Source: a virus
Taxonomy: Duplodnaviria; Heunggongvirae; Uroviricota; Caudoviricetes
DNA: 46,604 nucleotides
Reading direction: 5' to 3' (one strand)
IMG/VR virus record: IMGVR_UViG_2565956727_000002
Shown one piece after another: positions 10,996-19,591 of the stretch; positions within the stretch are counted from its first letter, which is position 1, and each line of letters opens with the position of its first letter. The notes beneath the pieces were generated by a model. The model was not told where the DNA came from. It ran no database searches and saw only the letters and a list, made by a program, of their open reading frames with translations. A program made the position numbers and the translations under genes.

Positions 10996-11667
10996 TCAGC
11001 GACCAATCACCACAACCTGACCACCATCCCCTTCGTCTGCCGTGCTGATCTCCTGAGAAACCACGCGTGACCCCACGCGCATTTCACCGTACAGAACAGG
11101 CAGAACATTGCCCTGGGCAACCATGTTATCCAGTGATGAAAAATAGGTGTTCTGCTTACCGTTATCCGTGCTGGTCGCTGTGGGCGTCCGGGCTTTCGGT
11201 GCCAGCATCTGCGCCACACCACCGAGCACCATACTGGCACCGAGAGAAAACAGGATGCCGGTCATACCACCGGCCCCAATGGCTGCCCCCCATGCTGTAA
11301 GGGTGGCTCCGGCGGTAAAGAATGATCCGGCAATGGCGGCTGCTCCCAGGACAATCTGGAATACACCACCTGACTTGGCCCCGGCGACTCTGGGAACAAT
11401 ATGAATCACAGCGCCATCAGGCAGAGTCTCATGTAACTGCGCCGTTAATCCGGACGTGCTGACATCCTGCCCGGCAATGCGTACCTGATACCAGCCGTCG
11501 CTCAGTTTCTGACGAAACGCCGGGAGCTGTGTGGCCAGTGCGCGGATGGCTTCAGCCCCCGTTTTCACACGAAGGTCGATGCGGCGGCCAAATCGTTGCA
11601 AATCCCCGTAAAGGCAGATGCGCGCCATGACCGGTGACGCCAGAGGGAGTGTGTGCGTCGCTGCCAT
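10996..11667 (-). CDS. I: tail tip assembly protein I
   Basis: 223 aa with N-terminal ubiquitin-like region and Gly/Ala-rich hydrophobic C-terminus; overlaps K by about 100 nt as in lambda. Confidence 0.9.
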   Translation of the reverse strand: MAATHTLPLASPVMARICLYGDLQRFGRRIDLRVKTGAEAIRALATQLPAFRQKLSDGWYQVRIAGQDVSTSGLTAQLHETLPDGAVIHIVPRVAGAKSGGVFQIVLGAAAIAGSFFTAGATLTAWGAAIGAGGMTGILFSLGASMVLGGVAQMLAPKARTPTATSTDNGKQNTYFSSLDNMVAQGNVLPVLYGEMRVGSRVVSQEISTADEGDGGQVVVIGR

Positions 11668-12308
11668 TTGTCGGTATACCTCTCTCGTTTGCTCAGTTGT
11701 TCAGGAATATGGTGCAGCAGCTCGCCATCACCACAGTAAATGGCGGCATGATTCGGCACCGATGAACCAAAACAGCACAGCAGCACATCGCCCGGTTGTG
11801 CTGATGACAACGGCACCTGATACAGCCCTGTGGCCTCCAGATTATCCAGATAGAGATTCTGACCGTGACGCCACCAGTCATCCCCGCGATGAAAATCCGG
11901 CATCTCAATCCCCGCCAGATGATAAGCATCCCGGAACAGCGTGTAACAGTCCGTCACCCCGTGCTCAAAGCGCCGCCCGGTGAGATGCGGCACACAGCGG
12001 AACTTGTGAATCGCCCCCCGGCAGACCAGCCACCACGGCAAATCACTCTGCACCTGCAGCCGCCGGTCAGCCTCACTCAGCCAGGGCAGACCACCGGGAT
12101 GACTGTGGACCAGTGCCACAATCTCACCCTGCATCTCTGCCTGCAGCCAGTCCTCCGGAGCCATCCGGAAATAATCCTCCGGCTCACCGGAAATATTCAC
12201 GCAGGGAAAATATCTTTCCCCCTCCGGCGCTCTCACCACGAAGCCGCACGACTCCGCTGGCGCACATCGCCGGGCGTGCGCCAGAATCGCTGATTCTGTC
12301 TCTGTCAT
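11565..12308 (-). CDS. K: tail tip assembly protein K (MPN/JAMM + NlpC/P60 domains)
   Basis: JAMM-like motif HSHPGG...SEAD followed by an NlpC/P60-like Cys/His region; ATG at 12308 lies 4 nt after the L stop; the classical 199-aa start would be the internal Met at 12164. Confidence 0.8.
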   Translation of the reverse strand: MTETESAILAHARRCAPAESCGFVVRAPEGERYFPCVNISGEPEDYFRMAPEDWLQAEMQGEIVALVHSHPGGLPWLSEADRRLQVQSDLPWWLVCRGAIHKFRCVPHLTGRRFEHGVTDCYTLFRDAYHLAGIEMPDFHRGDDWWRHGQNLYLDNLEATGLYQVPLSSAQPGDVLLCCFGSSVPNHAAIYCGDGELLHHIPEQLSKRERYTDKWQRRTHSLWRHRSWRASAFTGICNDLAAASTFV

Positions 12309-12312
12309 GGGA

Positions 12313-13011
12313 TTACTGCGAAAGTTTGTTAATGGAAAGGAAGCCGCCAAAGTTGCCGACGTTATTGCGAAACTTACAGCCGCTCAGGCATTTGCTGCAT
12401 TTATCCTTCGTGATATCGGAGGTCGGCTGGTCATATTCATCCGCGACCGCCGGACCGTGATAACCGCACTCATCACCGCGATAGGTCCAGGTGCAGGTAT
12501 TAGCCAGCATGATGCGCCCCGGAAAAACAGCGCCGTCCGTTTCCGTCGGCGTGGACAGTACAAAAGAGGCACTCACCGCGCTCAGTTCGCTGCACTGCTC
12601 GATGCGCCAGCGGCTGATCACCTCCTGCTCCGGATCGGCGTCACTGTTTCCGTTGACGAAGTTCACCGCATCCAGAAAACGGGCGTAAACCTTACGCCGG
12701 ACCACCGTTCCTCCGACCAGACTCTGCAGGTCTTCCGCCATCCCGGTGACCATGCCGTGCAGGTTAGAAACCGTCAGTGTCGGACGGGCAGCACTGCCTT
12801 TGCCGTTCAGTTCAAATCCCGTCCCCTGAATGGGATACGCCTGATACTGTCGCCTCTGCCAGGTGACCGGCTCACCTTTATCGTTCTGCTCATTACAGAA
12901 AAAATAACGTTCTCCACCGACCACTGTCAGATCGATTTCCCAGAGCACCACCTGGGCTGACTGAGTGAGGCGTGTCGTCTCATGATGTGTTTCCTGTGGA
13001 ATATCCTGCAT
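12313..13011 (-). CDS. L: minor tail protein L
   Basis: 232 aa with C-terminal Cys cluster (CSKCLSGC); lambda L-like. Confidence 0.9.
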   Translation of the reverse strand: MQDIPQETHHETTRLTQSAQVVLWEIDLTVVGGERYFFCNEQNDKGEPVTWQRRQYQAYPIQGTGFELNGKGSAARPTLTVSNLHGMVTGMAEDLQSLVGGTVVRRKVYARFLDAVNFVNGNSDADPEQEVISRWRIEQCSELSAVSASFVLSTPTETDGAVFPGRIMLANTCTWTYRGDECGYHGPAVADEYDQPTSDITKDKCSKCLSGCKFRNNVGNFGGFLSINKLSQ

Positions 13012-13020
13012 CAGAGACTC

Positions 13021-13350
13021 CTATGCCACGACCTGTTCAAAATCTGCCGTTATGGTTACCCACAACGCCCCCACGCTTGCCGACCATTTACGACAAACCA
13101 CCCTGATCGGCTTCCAGTCATAAGGTGGCGTCCACTGAAATGCGCGGACGCCACCGTGCCGTTCCAGAAAGGCTTTTAAAGATGGGTGTTCACATTTACG
13201 AACACGTATCGTCACGCTGTAAATCGACAACTGGTTATTCAGTCCCGCCGCACGACGCTGTTCATAACCATCGCCCAGCTTCACTGTCACCACTTTCGGC
13301 TCTGATACCACATTCATATCCGGGCGCACTTTCCAGTGAAACGTCTCCAT
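13021..13350 (-). CDS. M: minor tail protein M
   Basis: 109 aa, lambda M-like, directly downstream of the tape measure gene. Confidence 0.9.
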   Translation of the reverse strand: METFHWKVRPDMNVVSEPKVVTVKLGDGYEQRRAAGLNNQLSIYSVTIRVRKCEHPSLKAFLERHGGVRAFQWTPPYDWKPIRVVCRKWSASVGALWVTITADFEQVVA

Positions 13351-16300
13351 TACCGATATGCTCCACTTAACCGACCACCATCACGGGCCTGCTGTTGCAT
13401 AAAGTCCGCTGCCGCTTTTTTCCCAAGGTCATAAACCACCTTCAGGGCAGCCGGACCTATCTGCCCGTTCGTGCCATCGTTATTGATCTCGATGTTGTAC
13501 TGCGGGGCAAACATCGCCATACCTGAACCACCAATATCCGCCACAACCCCCAGCTTACCGTCAGCACCACGACGCAGTGGCAGAATGGCTTCAGGTCCAG
13601 CTTCCCCCATCACACCCGCGCCTTTTGCAAAAGCAAAAAACGTCGGACGGTTAACCACCGTGCCACTGTAACGACTCAAATCAGCAGACTGATAAATCCC
13701 CCCATTGGCATTCAGGGAAAGGCTGCTGAGATCAAATCCCAGTACACTGCCAATCCCTTTTATCGATTTCATCATGGTTGCCTGCGCCAGGATTTTCGCC
13801 ATATCTGACAGCACCGAAGAGGTGAAGGATTTGAAGTTGAGTTTGCCGGTAGTGACAAAAGTTGCCAGGCCATTTCCCATGTTGCTGAAGGCTGATGAGA
13901 ACACCTGTTCTGCTGTTCCTGCCGTATTGTCTGCATCCACGGTAAAATCCTGAAATGCACGCAGGACTCCGTTTTTCCAGTTACCCTGCACAACTTCAAG
14001 CTGTTGCCAGTAACGGCGATTCTCATTCAGTTGTCGGTTCAGGCTCTCCGTCAGCGCCTGCTCGGCCTTTCTGTAGTCATCCGTGTTATATGTCCCTTTC
14101 TGCTCACTATCCCGCCTCAACTGCTCCAGCTGTTGCTGGTATTTCTGGCGAAGACTCAGTTGTACCTGATATCGCTGCCGCTGCTGATCACCCATACCCA
14201 CCGTGGCGATATCCAGGTCATGTTGCTGACGCTGAGCGCGCTCTTCTTCAGCCAGTTGACTGGTCAGCTGAATTGTTTTTTTCTTCAGATCGTTGAGTGC
14301 CGTTTGTTTCTGAAGCTCCTGCTGTTTTACATCCAGCAGCGTCAGTGCCTGAATCAGTTCATCTTTACGGGCCAGCACACTCTTTTCATCTGCCGTCAGT
14401 TTTTTCCCGTCCAGATCGCTGATGCGCTGCTGCAGAGCCAGAAGCTGTTTATGCGCTTCTGTCATCTTTTCAGTGGCAATGCCTGCTGACTGTCTTGCAG
14501 CAGCAATCTGTCCTTCCACCTGTGCCTGTTGCTGACTGTACTGCAGCAATAACCGGGTGGCCTCATCATTACGGGTTTCGCGTGTTTTTTTCTTACCGGA
14601 TGCCAGGGCTTTCTCGTAACGTTCATTTTCACGTTGTATCGCCGCATCCCTGACAGCCTGGTCGGCGTACTGCATGGCATTAATACGCGCAATTTCACGC
14701 TGATGTCGTGCTGCTTCCGTTTCATTCATCCGGTTCAGTGCAGCATTTTCAGCATTACGTCGTTTCTGTTGCTCCTGATAATTCCGCTCTGCCTGCTCTT
14801 TTGCATCCTGCAAATCCTTCTGGCGTTTTTTCTCCTGAAGATCGTTAAGACGCTGCTGATCGTATTCAACCTGAGAAGATGATGCCGTCCAGGGGAGTCT
14901 TTTCGCCCGCGACACTTTCTCCTGTAAAGCGGTAATCTGTTCATCCAGCGAGTCTTCACGACCAATATTCATGGCCGCATCCCAGAAACGACTCCACAAA
15001 TCAGACAGATACTTCAGCGTACTGCCAAGCGCATTGAGGTTATTATCAATATCCGCAGTACGCCGACCGGTTTCCTCTGCCAGTGCAGACATGGCTATCC
15101 GTGCAGCATCACTGGACCGTCCCTGATCCCCAAGGACACGTATCTGCTCAAGCTGAGTGGCAGTAAGAAAATGCAGCTCATTGTCCAGAGCCTTCGCGGC
15201 ATTTACAGGATCATCCTTCAGCCGCTTAAACTGATTTATGGTATCGCTGACCGACTGGCCAACCGATCGCTCCATCTGTGCGGCAGCTCTCGCCACCATA
15301 CCGATATCGTTTCCACGAAATGCACCACTCCCCACCACCTGCGCCAACGCACCGGCTGCAGCATGTTGCGTGATACCATTCCCGGAAATAGCACGACTGA
15401 GCGTCCACAGCTGCCCGGCAGTGACTCCGGCATAATGCCCCGTCAGCGACAACTGGCGGTTAAATTCTTCCCCCTCCTTCTGACCGTCATACCAGGCTTT
15501 ACCCAGACCATAGACGGCCGCGGCAATACCGCCAATAACCCCGCCAAGCATCATGCCTTTCGGTGACATCAGTGTGTCTATCCATCCGGCACGGTTAGCC
15601 AGCGTTATCCCGGATCCCCTCAGCGCCCCTAAATTGCCGCGGGCCAGTTCACCTATCAGAACGCCTATCTCCTGGCGGGCTGCTGCACTTTTCAGACCCA
15701 GCGAATGCGTGGCTTTTCCTGCCTGCTCCATTTTGCGGATATACACTTCTGCAGCACTGCTTACCCCCAGCTGGGCTGCCTTGGCACGAAGCAACTCAGA
15801 AGATGAAAGATTCTGGCGGGTTGCCTGCTCTTTAAGCTGACGGATAAACGCCACTTTCTGTCGGGTAGCCTCTTCCTCAGCCTGTGTAAGAACACGGGTT
15901 TTCGCAGTAACCTCAGAAATCAGCGCCAGATAATCCTGCTGACCAATCCCGCCACTGTTTCTGGCCTGTCGGATCTGCTGCTGAATACGCTGTAATTCCT
16001 GCAGCCCCGCACTGGCCTGTTTCACACTGTCAATCTGACGATAAAACGCAGCAGCCGCTTTATCCTGAGCCTCCGCCAGAGCCATGGCCTGCGCCTGTTC
16101 CTCGCGCATTTTCTGGCTCAGCGCCTCCATGCGCTGGCGGGTTTTCTCCACCTCGCGGGCCATGCGTTCATGAGCCTGTGCGTTCTTCTCCACCGTCTGC
16201 GCATGGACGGATGCGGCTGTTGCAGCCGAAGAAGCCGCCTGCGTTGTCTGCCGGGCGGCCTGAGTCTGACGCTCCATAAAACGCTGCATACGGGCAGAAG

Positions 16301-16415
16301 ACCGTTCTGCATCGCTGGCTGCACCATTCAGAAGGTTTTTGATACGGGGAATTTCATTTTTAAACTCTGCCGCATCAATCCCCAAATCAATGACCAGGTT
16401 GGCTATCTGGTCCAT
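13350..16415 (-). CDS. H: tail tape measure protein (H-like)
   Basis: About 1020 aa, coiled-coil-rich; N-terminus MDQIANLVIDLGIDAAEF and C-terminus ...NNDGTNGQIGPAALK... resemble lambda H; start taken at internal ATG 16415. Confidence 0.9.
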   Translation of the reverse strand: MDQIANLVIDLGIDAAEFKNEIPRIKNLLNGAASDAERSSARMQRFMERQTQAARQTTQAASSAATAASVHAQTVEKNAQAHERMAREVEKTRQRMEALSQKMREEQAQAMALAEAQDKAAAAFYRQIDSVKQASAGLQELQRIQQQIRQARNSGGIGQQDYLALISEVTAKTRVLTQAEEEATRQKVAFIRQLKEQATRQNLSSSELLRAKAAQLGVSSAAEVYIRKMEQAGKATHSLGLKSAAARQEIGVLIGELARGNLGALRGSGITLANRAGWIDTLMSPKGMMLGGVIGGIAAAVYGLGKAWYDGQKEGEEFNRQLSLTGHYAGVTAGQLWTLSRAISGNGITQHAAAGALAQVVGSGAFRGNDIGMVARAAAQMERSVGQSVSDTINQFKRLKDDPVNAAKALDNELHFLTATQLEQIRVLGDQGRSSDAARIAMSALAEETGRRTADIDNNLNALGSTLKYLSDLWSRFWDAAMNIGREDSLDEQITALQEKVSRAKRLPWTASSSQVEYDQQRLNDLQEKKRQKDLQDAKEQAERNYQEQQKRRNAENAALNRMNETEAARHQREIARINAMQYADQAVRDAAIQRENERYEKALASGKKKTRETRNDEATRLLLQYSQQQAQVEGQIAAARQSAGIATEKMTEAHKQLLALQQRISDLDGKKLTADEKSVLARKDELIQALTLLDVKQQELQKQTALNDLKKKTIQLTSQLAEEERAQRQQHDLDIATVGMGDQQRQRYQVQLSLRQKYQQQLEQLRRDSEQKGTYNTDDYRKAEQALTESLNRQLNENRRYWQQLEVVQGNWKNGVLRAFQDFTVDADNTAGTAEQVFSSAFSNMGNGLATFVTTGKLNFKSFTSSVLSDMAKILAQATMMKSIKGIGSVLGFDLSSLSLNANGGIYQSADLSRYSGTVVNRPTFFAFAKGAGVMGEAGPEAILPLRRGADGKLGVVADIGGSGMAMFAPQYNIEINNDGTNGQIGPAALKVVYDLGKKAAADFMQQQARDGGRLSGAYR

Positions 16416-16724
16416 AACGCACACCTCCGGAAATACCTTCCCCAAGATGCATCAGTTCTTCGTCCGTTCGCTCCGGTATCCCGTTCTCTTCCGGTAAAAG
16501 GCTGAAATCAGCCACCGCAGCATCACTGCTGCCGGACACCATTCTCACGATCAATGCCTTCAGCGAGGCAAACTGCGCATCCATCCACACATCACTGAAG
16601 CTCTGCATCCGGAAATAATCGCCCCACTCACCAAGCTCAGTGGCCGACATTTCCGACAGCATCCGCCGCCAGTCTGCCCGCCTGAACTCCCGGGCAAGCC
16701 GCATGACAAACTGCATTTCCCGCG
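16387..16724 (-). CDS. T: T-frame segment of the tail assembly chaperone G-T (-1 frameshift extension of G)
   Basis: ORF in the -1 frame relative to G, open upstream of its first Met through the end of G; conserved G/T arrangement between V and H. Confidence 0.7.
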
Positions 16725-17114
16725 TCAGGACTTTTCCGGCGTCAGCACCTCATGCTCCAAATCCCCGGCATTCTCAATGGCTCCCATACCGCTCAGCGAC
16801 AGAACCATCTCCGCCCCCGCTCCCAGGGCATCATACGACCATGTTGTAATAACGGATGCGCAAAGCGTCTCAACATCCTGAGACTGTTCCGCATTCCACA
16901 GTGAGCGGGAAACCAGCCAGGCATTGATATCCATCCCCATCCGTAGAAAAGCAATCTGTCGTTCAGCCTCCGGCAGTTCTCCCTCTTCGGCATCAAACTT
17001 TGCCGTTCGCTGCTGAACAAACGCCAGATATTCAATTCTCTGCAGCCCGGACAGCTCACTGAGCACCACGGACTGCTTTTCATAATTAAACGTGCCCTGT
17101 TTCAGAAACATCAT
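16725..17114 (-). CDS. G: tail assembly chaperone G
   Basis: About 130 aa starting MMFLKQGTF..., preceded by GGTGGAG Shine-Dalgarno; lambda G-like. Confidence 0.85.
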   Translation of the reverse strand: MMFLKQGTFNYEKQSVVLSELSGLQRIEYLAFVQQRTAKFDAEEGELPEAERQIAFLRMGMDINAWLVSRSLWNAEQSQDVETLCASVITTWSYDALGAGAEMVLSLSGMGAIENAGDLEHEVLTPEKS

Positions 17115-17171
17115 GTTCTCCACCTGCAAAAAAGCCCCGGATAACCGGGGCAAATGATGAGTATCGTCCTG

Positions 17172-17915
17172 TTAACCTGCGGCGCTGACAGCCACCGTAG
17201 CCACTGCCACAAAATCGCCGTCAGAAGTCATGCCCACAATGCTGACACTGCCCTGCTTCACGCCTTTCACCGTGGCCACAAGCCCGTTCAGGGTCACCGT
17301 GGCAGTCTGTGGTTCTGTCGAATGCACACTGATCGCTTTGTCACTGGCTCCGTCAGGTTTTACTGTAAAGGTCAGCGTGGTGGTTGCTCCCACTTTTACA
17401 CTGGCAGATGCCGGTGCCACCGTCAGCCCGGTAACGCCCACGATTTCAGTGCCTTCCTCTGCCAGATACGGACGCCCCACACCGCTGATTTTCACTGTGC
17501 GGGTCATCACGTCTTTTGAGGCAATGGTTTTACCCAGTGAACTCAGCCAGCCACGGAAAACATCAACAGTACCGTTGGGATATTTGATACGAAAAGCGCA
17601 GACTTCACCGGAGTCGAACAACTGAACCAGTTTTTTCTGCCCGCTGTCCCCCGGACGCCAGGCCAGCGTCGCCGAAGTATCACCGACTGATTTCTGCCCC
17701 TGGGTTGTCGTTTTCCAGTCTGCATCTTCATCATCGAGATAAGTGTCATCTTCTGCATCAGCGGTCATTTCGCCAGGTTGCAGATCCTTCACCATCGCAA
17801 GACGCAGCCAGTCAGTGTCCGATAAAGGGTTCGCAAACGCATCGCCCTTGCCGGTATACATCCAGAACGTCGTTCCCGCACCTTTCGTTTTTGCCAGTGG
17901 ATTTGGTGTGGTCAT
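17172..17915 (-). CDS. V: major tail tube protein V with C-terminal Ig-like (Big_2) domain
   Basis: Start ATG 17915 preceded by AAGGAGG; MTTPNPLAKTKGAGTTFW... lambda V-like; Ig-like C-terminal domain. Confidence 0.9.
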   Translation of the reverse strand: MTTPNPLAKTKGAGTTFWMYTGKGDAFANPLSDTDWLRLAMVKDLQPGEMTADAEDDTYLDDEDADWKTTTQGQKSVGDTSATLAWRPGDSGQKKLVQLFDSGEVCAFRIKYPNGTVDVFRGWLSSLGKTIASKDVMTRTVKISGVGRPYLAEEGTEIVGVTGLTVAPASASVKVGATTTLTFTVKPDGASDKAISVHSTEPQTATVTLNGLVATVKGVKQGSVSIVGMTSDGDFVAVATVAVSAAG

Positions 17916-17925
17916 TACCACCTCC

Positions 17926-18327
17926 TTAATTCGTGTACGTGATCTGGTACGTGATTTCCGCCATCGCCCAGGTGGCCATCTCATTATCACGTTGATAGTT
18001 AAAACCGAGTGGGATCAGGGTGTCGATGAGTCCGGAAAGTGCTGGTACATCATTCAGGGCCGGGAAAATGGTGCTCTCCATCCACATATCCAGCTCTGAA
18101 TCCGGTGCCTGTGCCCGGATGAAGACAGCAATATGCAGAACAGCCTGCCAGTCATCTTCATCCGTCATTTTTCCGGTGTACTGAGCATCACTCAGCCACA
18201 CCGCCACGGCAGGCAGTTCCTGCGCATCAACAAATGCCGGAAGCCCGTCAAAAAACGTGGCGCTGTCTCCACACTGTTCCCGAAGGCGTGCCAGTACGAC
18301 CTGGCGGATTTGTGTATGTCGGTTCAT
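17926..18327 (-). CDS. U: tail terminator protein U
   Basis: lambda U-like (…ATFFDG…PAVAVWL…); start ATG overlaps the Z stop (ATGA) as in lambda. Confidence 0.9.
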   Translation of the reverse strand: MNRHTQIRQVVLARLREQCGDSATFFDGLPAFVDAQELPAVAVWLSDAQYTGKMTDEDDWQAVLHIAVFIRAQAPDSELDMWMESTIFPALNDVPALSGLIDTLIPLGFNYQRDNEMATWAMAEITYQITYTN

Positions 18328-18902
18328 CGGGTCAGCCATAACCTCAGTTGTTGTTTCAGTGCATACCCCAGCTGTTTCGGCATTTCCGCAGCAATGATGC
18401 GGTCGCGGGCATCTTCAAATGTCTGTGTCAGCGGTCCGGACAGCGGGATTTTCACCACATCAATGGGGTAACGATTTTTGCCATCAATACGCCGCATCAC
18501 ATGCCAGCGACCATTCGCCAGTTGCTGAATAAACGCATCCCGGAAAAGATATTTACCCACCTTCAGCACACTGCCACGGTACTGCAGTTTTCCACCACGC
18601 CGGGCCAGTCTGACCCGGGCTGTCCCCAGCTTAATGGCAGGCAGATTGCCCCGGTTAACGCGGATCCTGGCCGTCATTTTTCCTGACGGACTGGCTTTAA
18701 ACACCCGGACACGCTGACGTACCAGTTTCAGGGGGATCCCTTTCACCTGGTTATCTCCCGCAACGGTATTCCCGGCAACCTGCCGGGTGGCAACCGAGAC
18801 CGCTTTCTGTGCCACACGGTTTATCGCCCATGCGCTGGCCTGTGGCACCATACGGGTATCAAGGCTGTTCAGATTGCGGATGGCATTCTCAAGCCCCTTC
18901 AT
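18324..18902 (-). CDS. Z: tail completion protein Z
   Basis: 192 aa, lambda Z-like, in the conserved position upstream of U. Confidence 0.9.
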   Translation of the reverse strand: MKGLENAIRNLNSLDTRMVPQASAWAINRVAQKAVSVATRQVAGNTVAGDNQVKGIPLKLVRQRVRVFKASPSGKMTARIRVNRGNLPAIKLGTARVRLARRGGKLQYRGSVLKVGKYLFRDAFIQQLANGRWHVMRRIDGKNRYPIDVVKIPLSGPLTQTFEDARDRIIAAEMPKQLGYALKQQLRLWLTR

Positions 18903-18913
18903 CCCACACCTCT

Positions 18914-19189
18914 TTACTCAATAAAGATCATTGGCTTACCGTTAAAGCGTTCATGCCGTGTGACCGTCCATTGTTGTCCGTCATAAACAACGCGATCACC
19001 GCGCCGTGGGCGGTATCCCGAAGAAAACACCACCAGAGAGACCGCAGGTCCGGACAGAGCATTCAGCTCTGCCAGTGTTTCTCCCGGGATCACAGTCATA
19101 TCGACATCATTAATCGAGGCTGTCTTTCCCATCTTTCTGACCGTGATAGCATCCATACGCGCTGCCAGCCGGGAAAAGGGATCAGACAT
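18914..19189 (-). CDS. head-tail joining protein (FII-like)
   Basis: 91 aa, position between head genes and Z; ...RRGDRVVYDGQQWTV... resembles the FII head-tail connector family. Confidence 0.6.
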   Translation of the reverse strand: MSDPFSRLAARMDAITVRKMGKTASINDVDMTVIPGETLAELNALSGPAVSLVVFSSGYRPRRGDRVVYDGQQWTVTRHERFNGKPMIFIE

Positions 19190-19505
19190 TGAGTTTTACC
19201 GGCACTTCTTCTGCACTGGTTCCGGCATCTGCCCAGACAACCCCGACCAGCGGATCAGAGCCGCTGTTAGTCAGCTGAATTTTTCCGGACTTCAGATAAA
19301 CCTTCTTACCCGTTTTCATGTCATCCGTTTTCAGCTTAGGCAGCATAAACACACCTTCGGTCATGCCGTCGCCTGTTTCACCCTGTGGAATATCGGTCAG
19401 CGCCACCGCAAAAACATCGCCCACCTGCACCAGATCTCCGCTGCTGATGGCTGCACTGGCAACAATCGCCACCGTTTTTCCTTCTTCTACAAAATTCTTT
19501 GCCAT
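19182..19505 (-). CDS. small head-associated protein (DUF2190-like, putative head decoration/connector)
   Basis: About 107 aa starting MAKNFVEEGKTV...; Gly-rich beta protein immediately downstream of the capsid gene, as seen in many HK97-type head modules. Confidence 0.5.
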   Translation of the reverse strand: MAKNFVEEGKTVAIVASAAISSGDLVQVGDVFAVALTDIPQGETGDGMTEGVFMLPKLKTDDMKTGKKVYLKSGKIQLTNSGSDPLVGVVWADAGTSAEEVPVKLNV

Positions 19506-19591
19506 AACTGTCTCCGCACAGCCCCGTTCAAGGGCTGATTTCAGGTACAAAAAAAGCCCTTACGGGCCATCAGAGTTGTTGTCTGCGACGT

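Noticed and set aside
12307-12960. 217-aa ORF on the plus strand
   Set aside because: Antisense to minor tail protein L; no start context or motif; shadow ORF
14004-14489. 161-aa ORF on the plus strand inside the tape measure gene
   Set aside because: Antisense to H; Leu/Gln-rich product mirroring the coiled-coil codons of H
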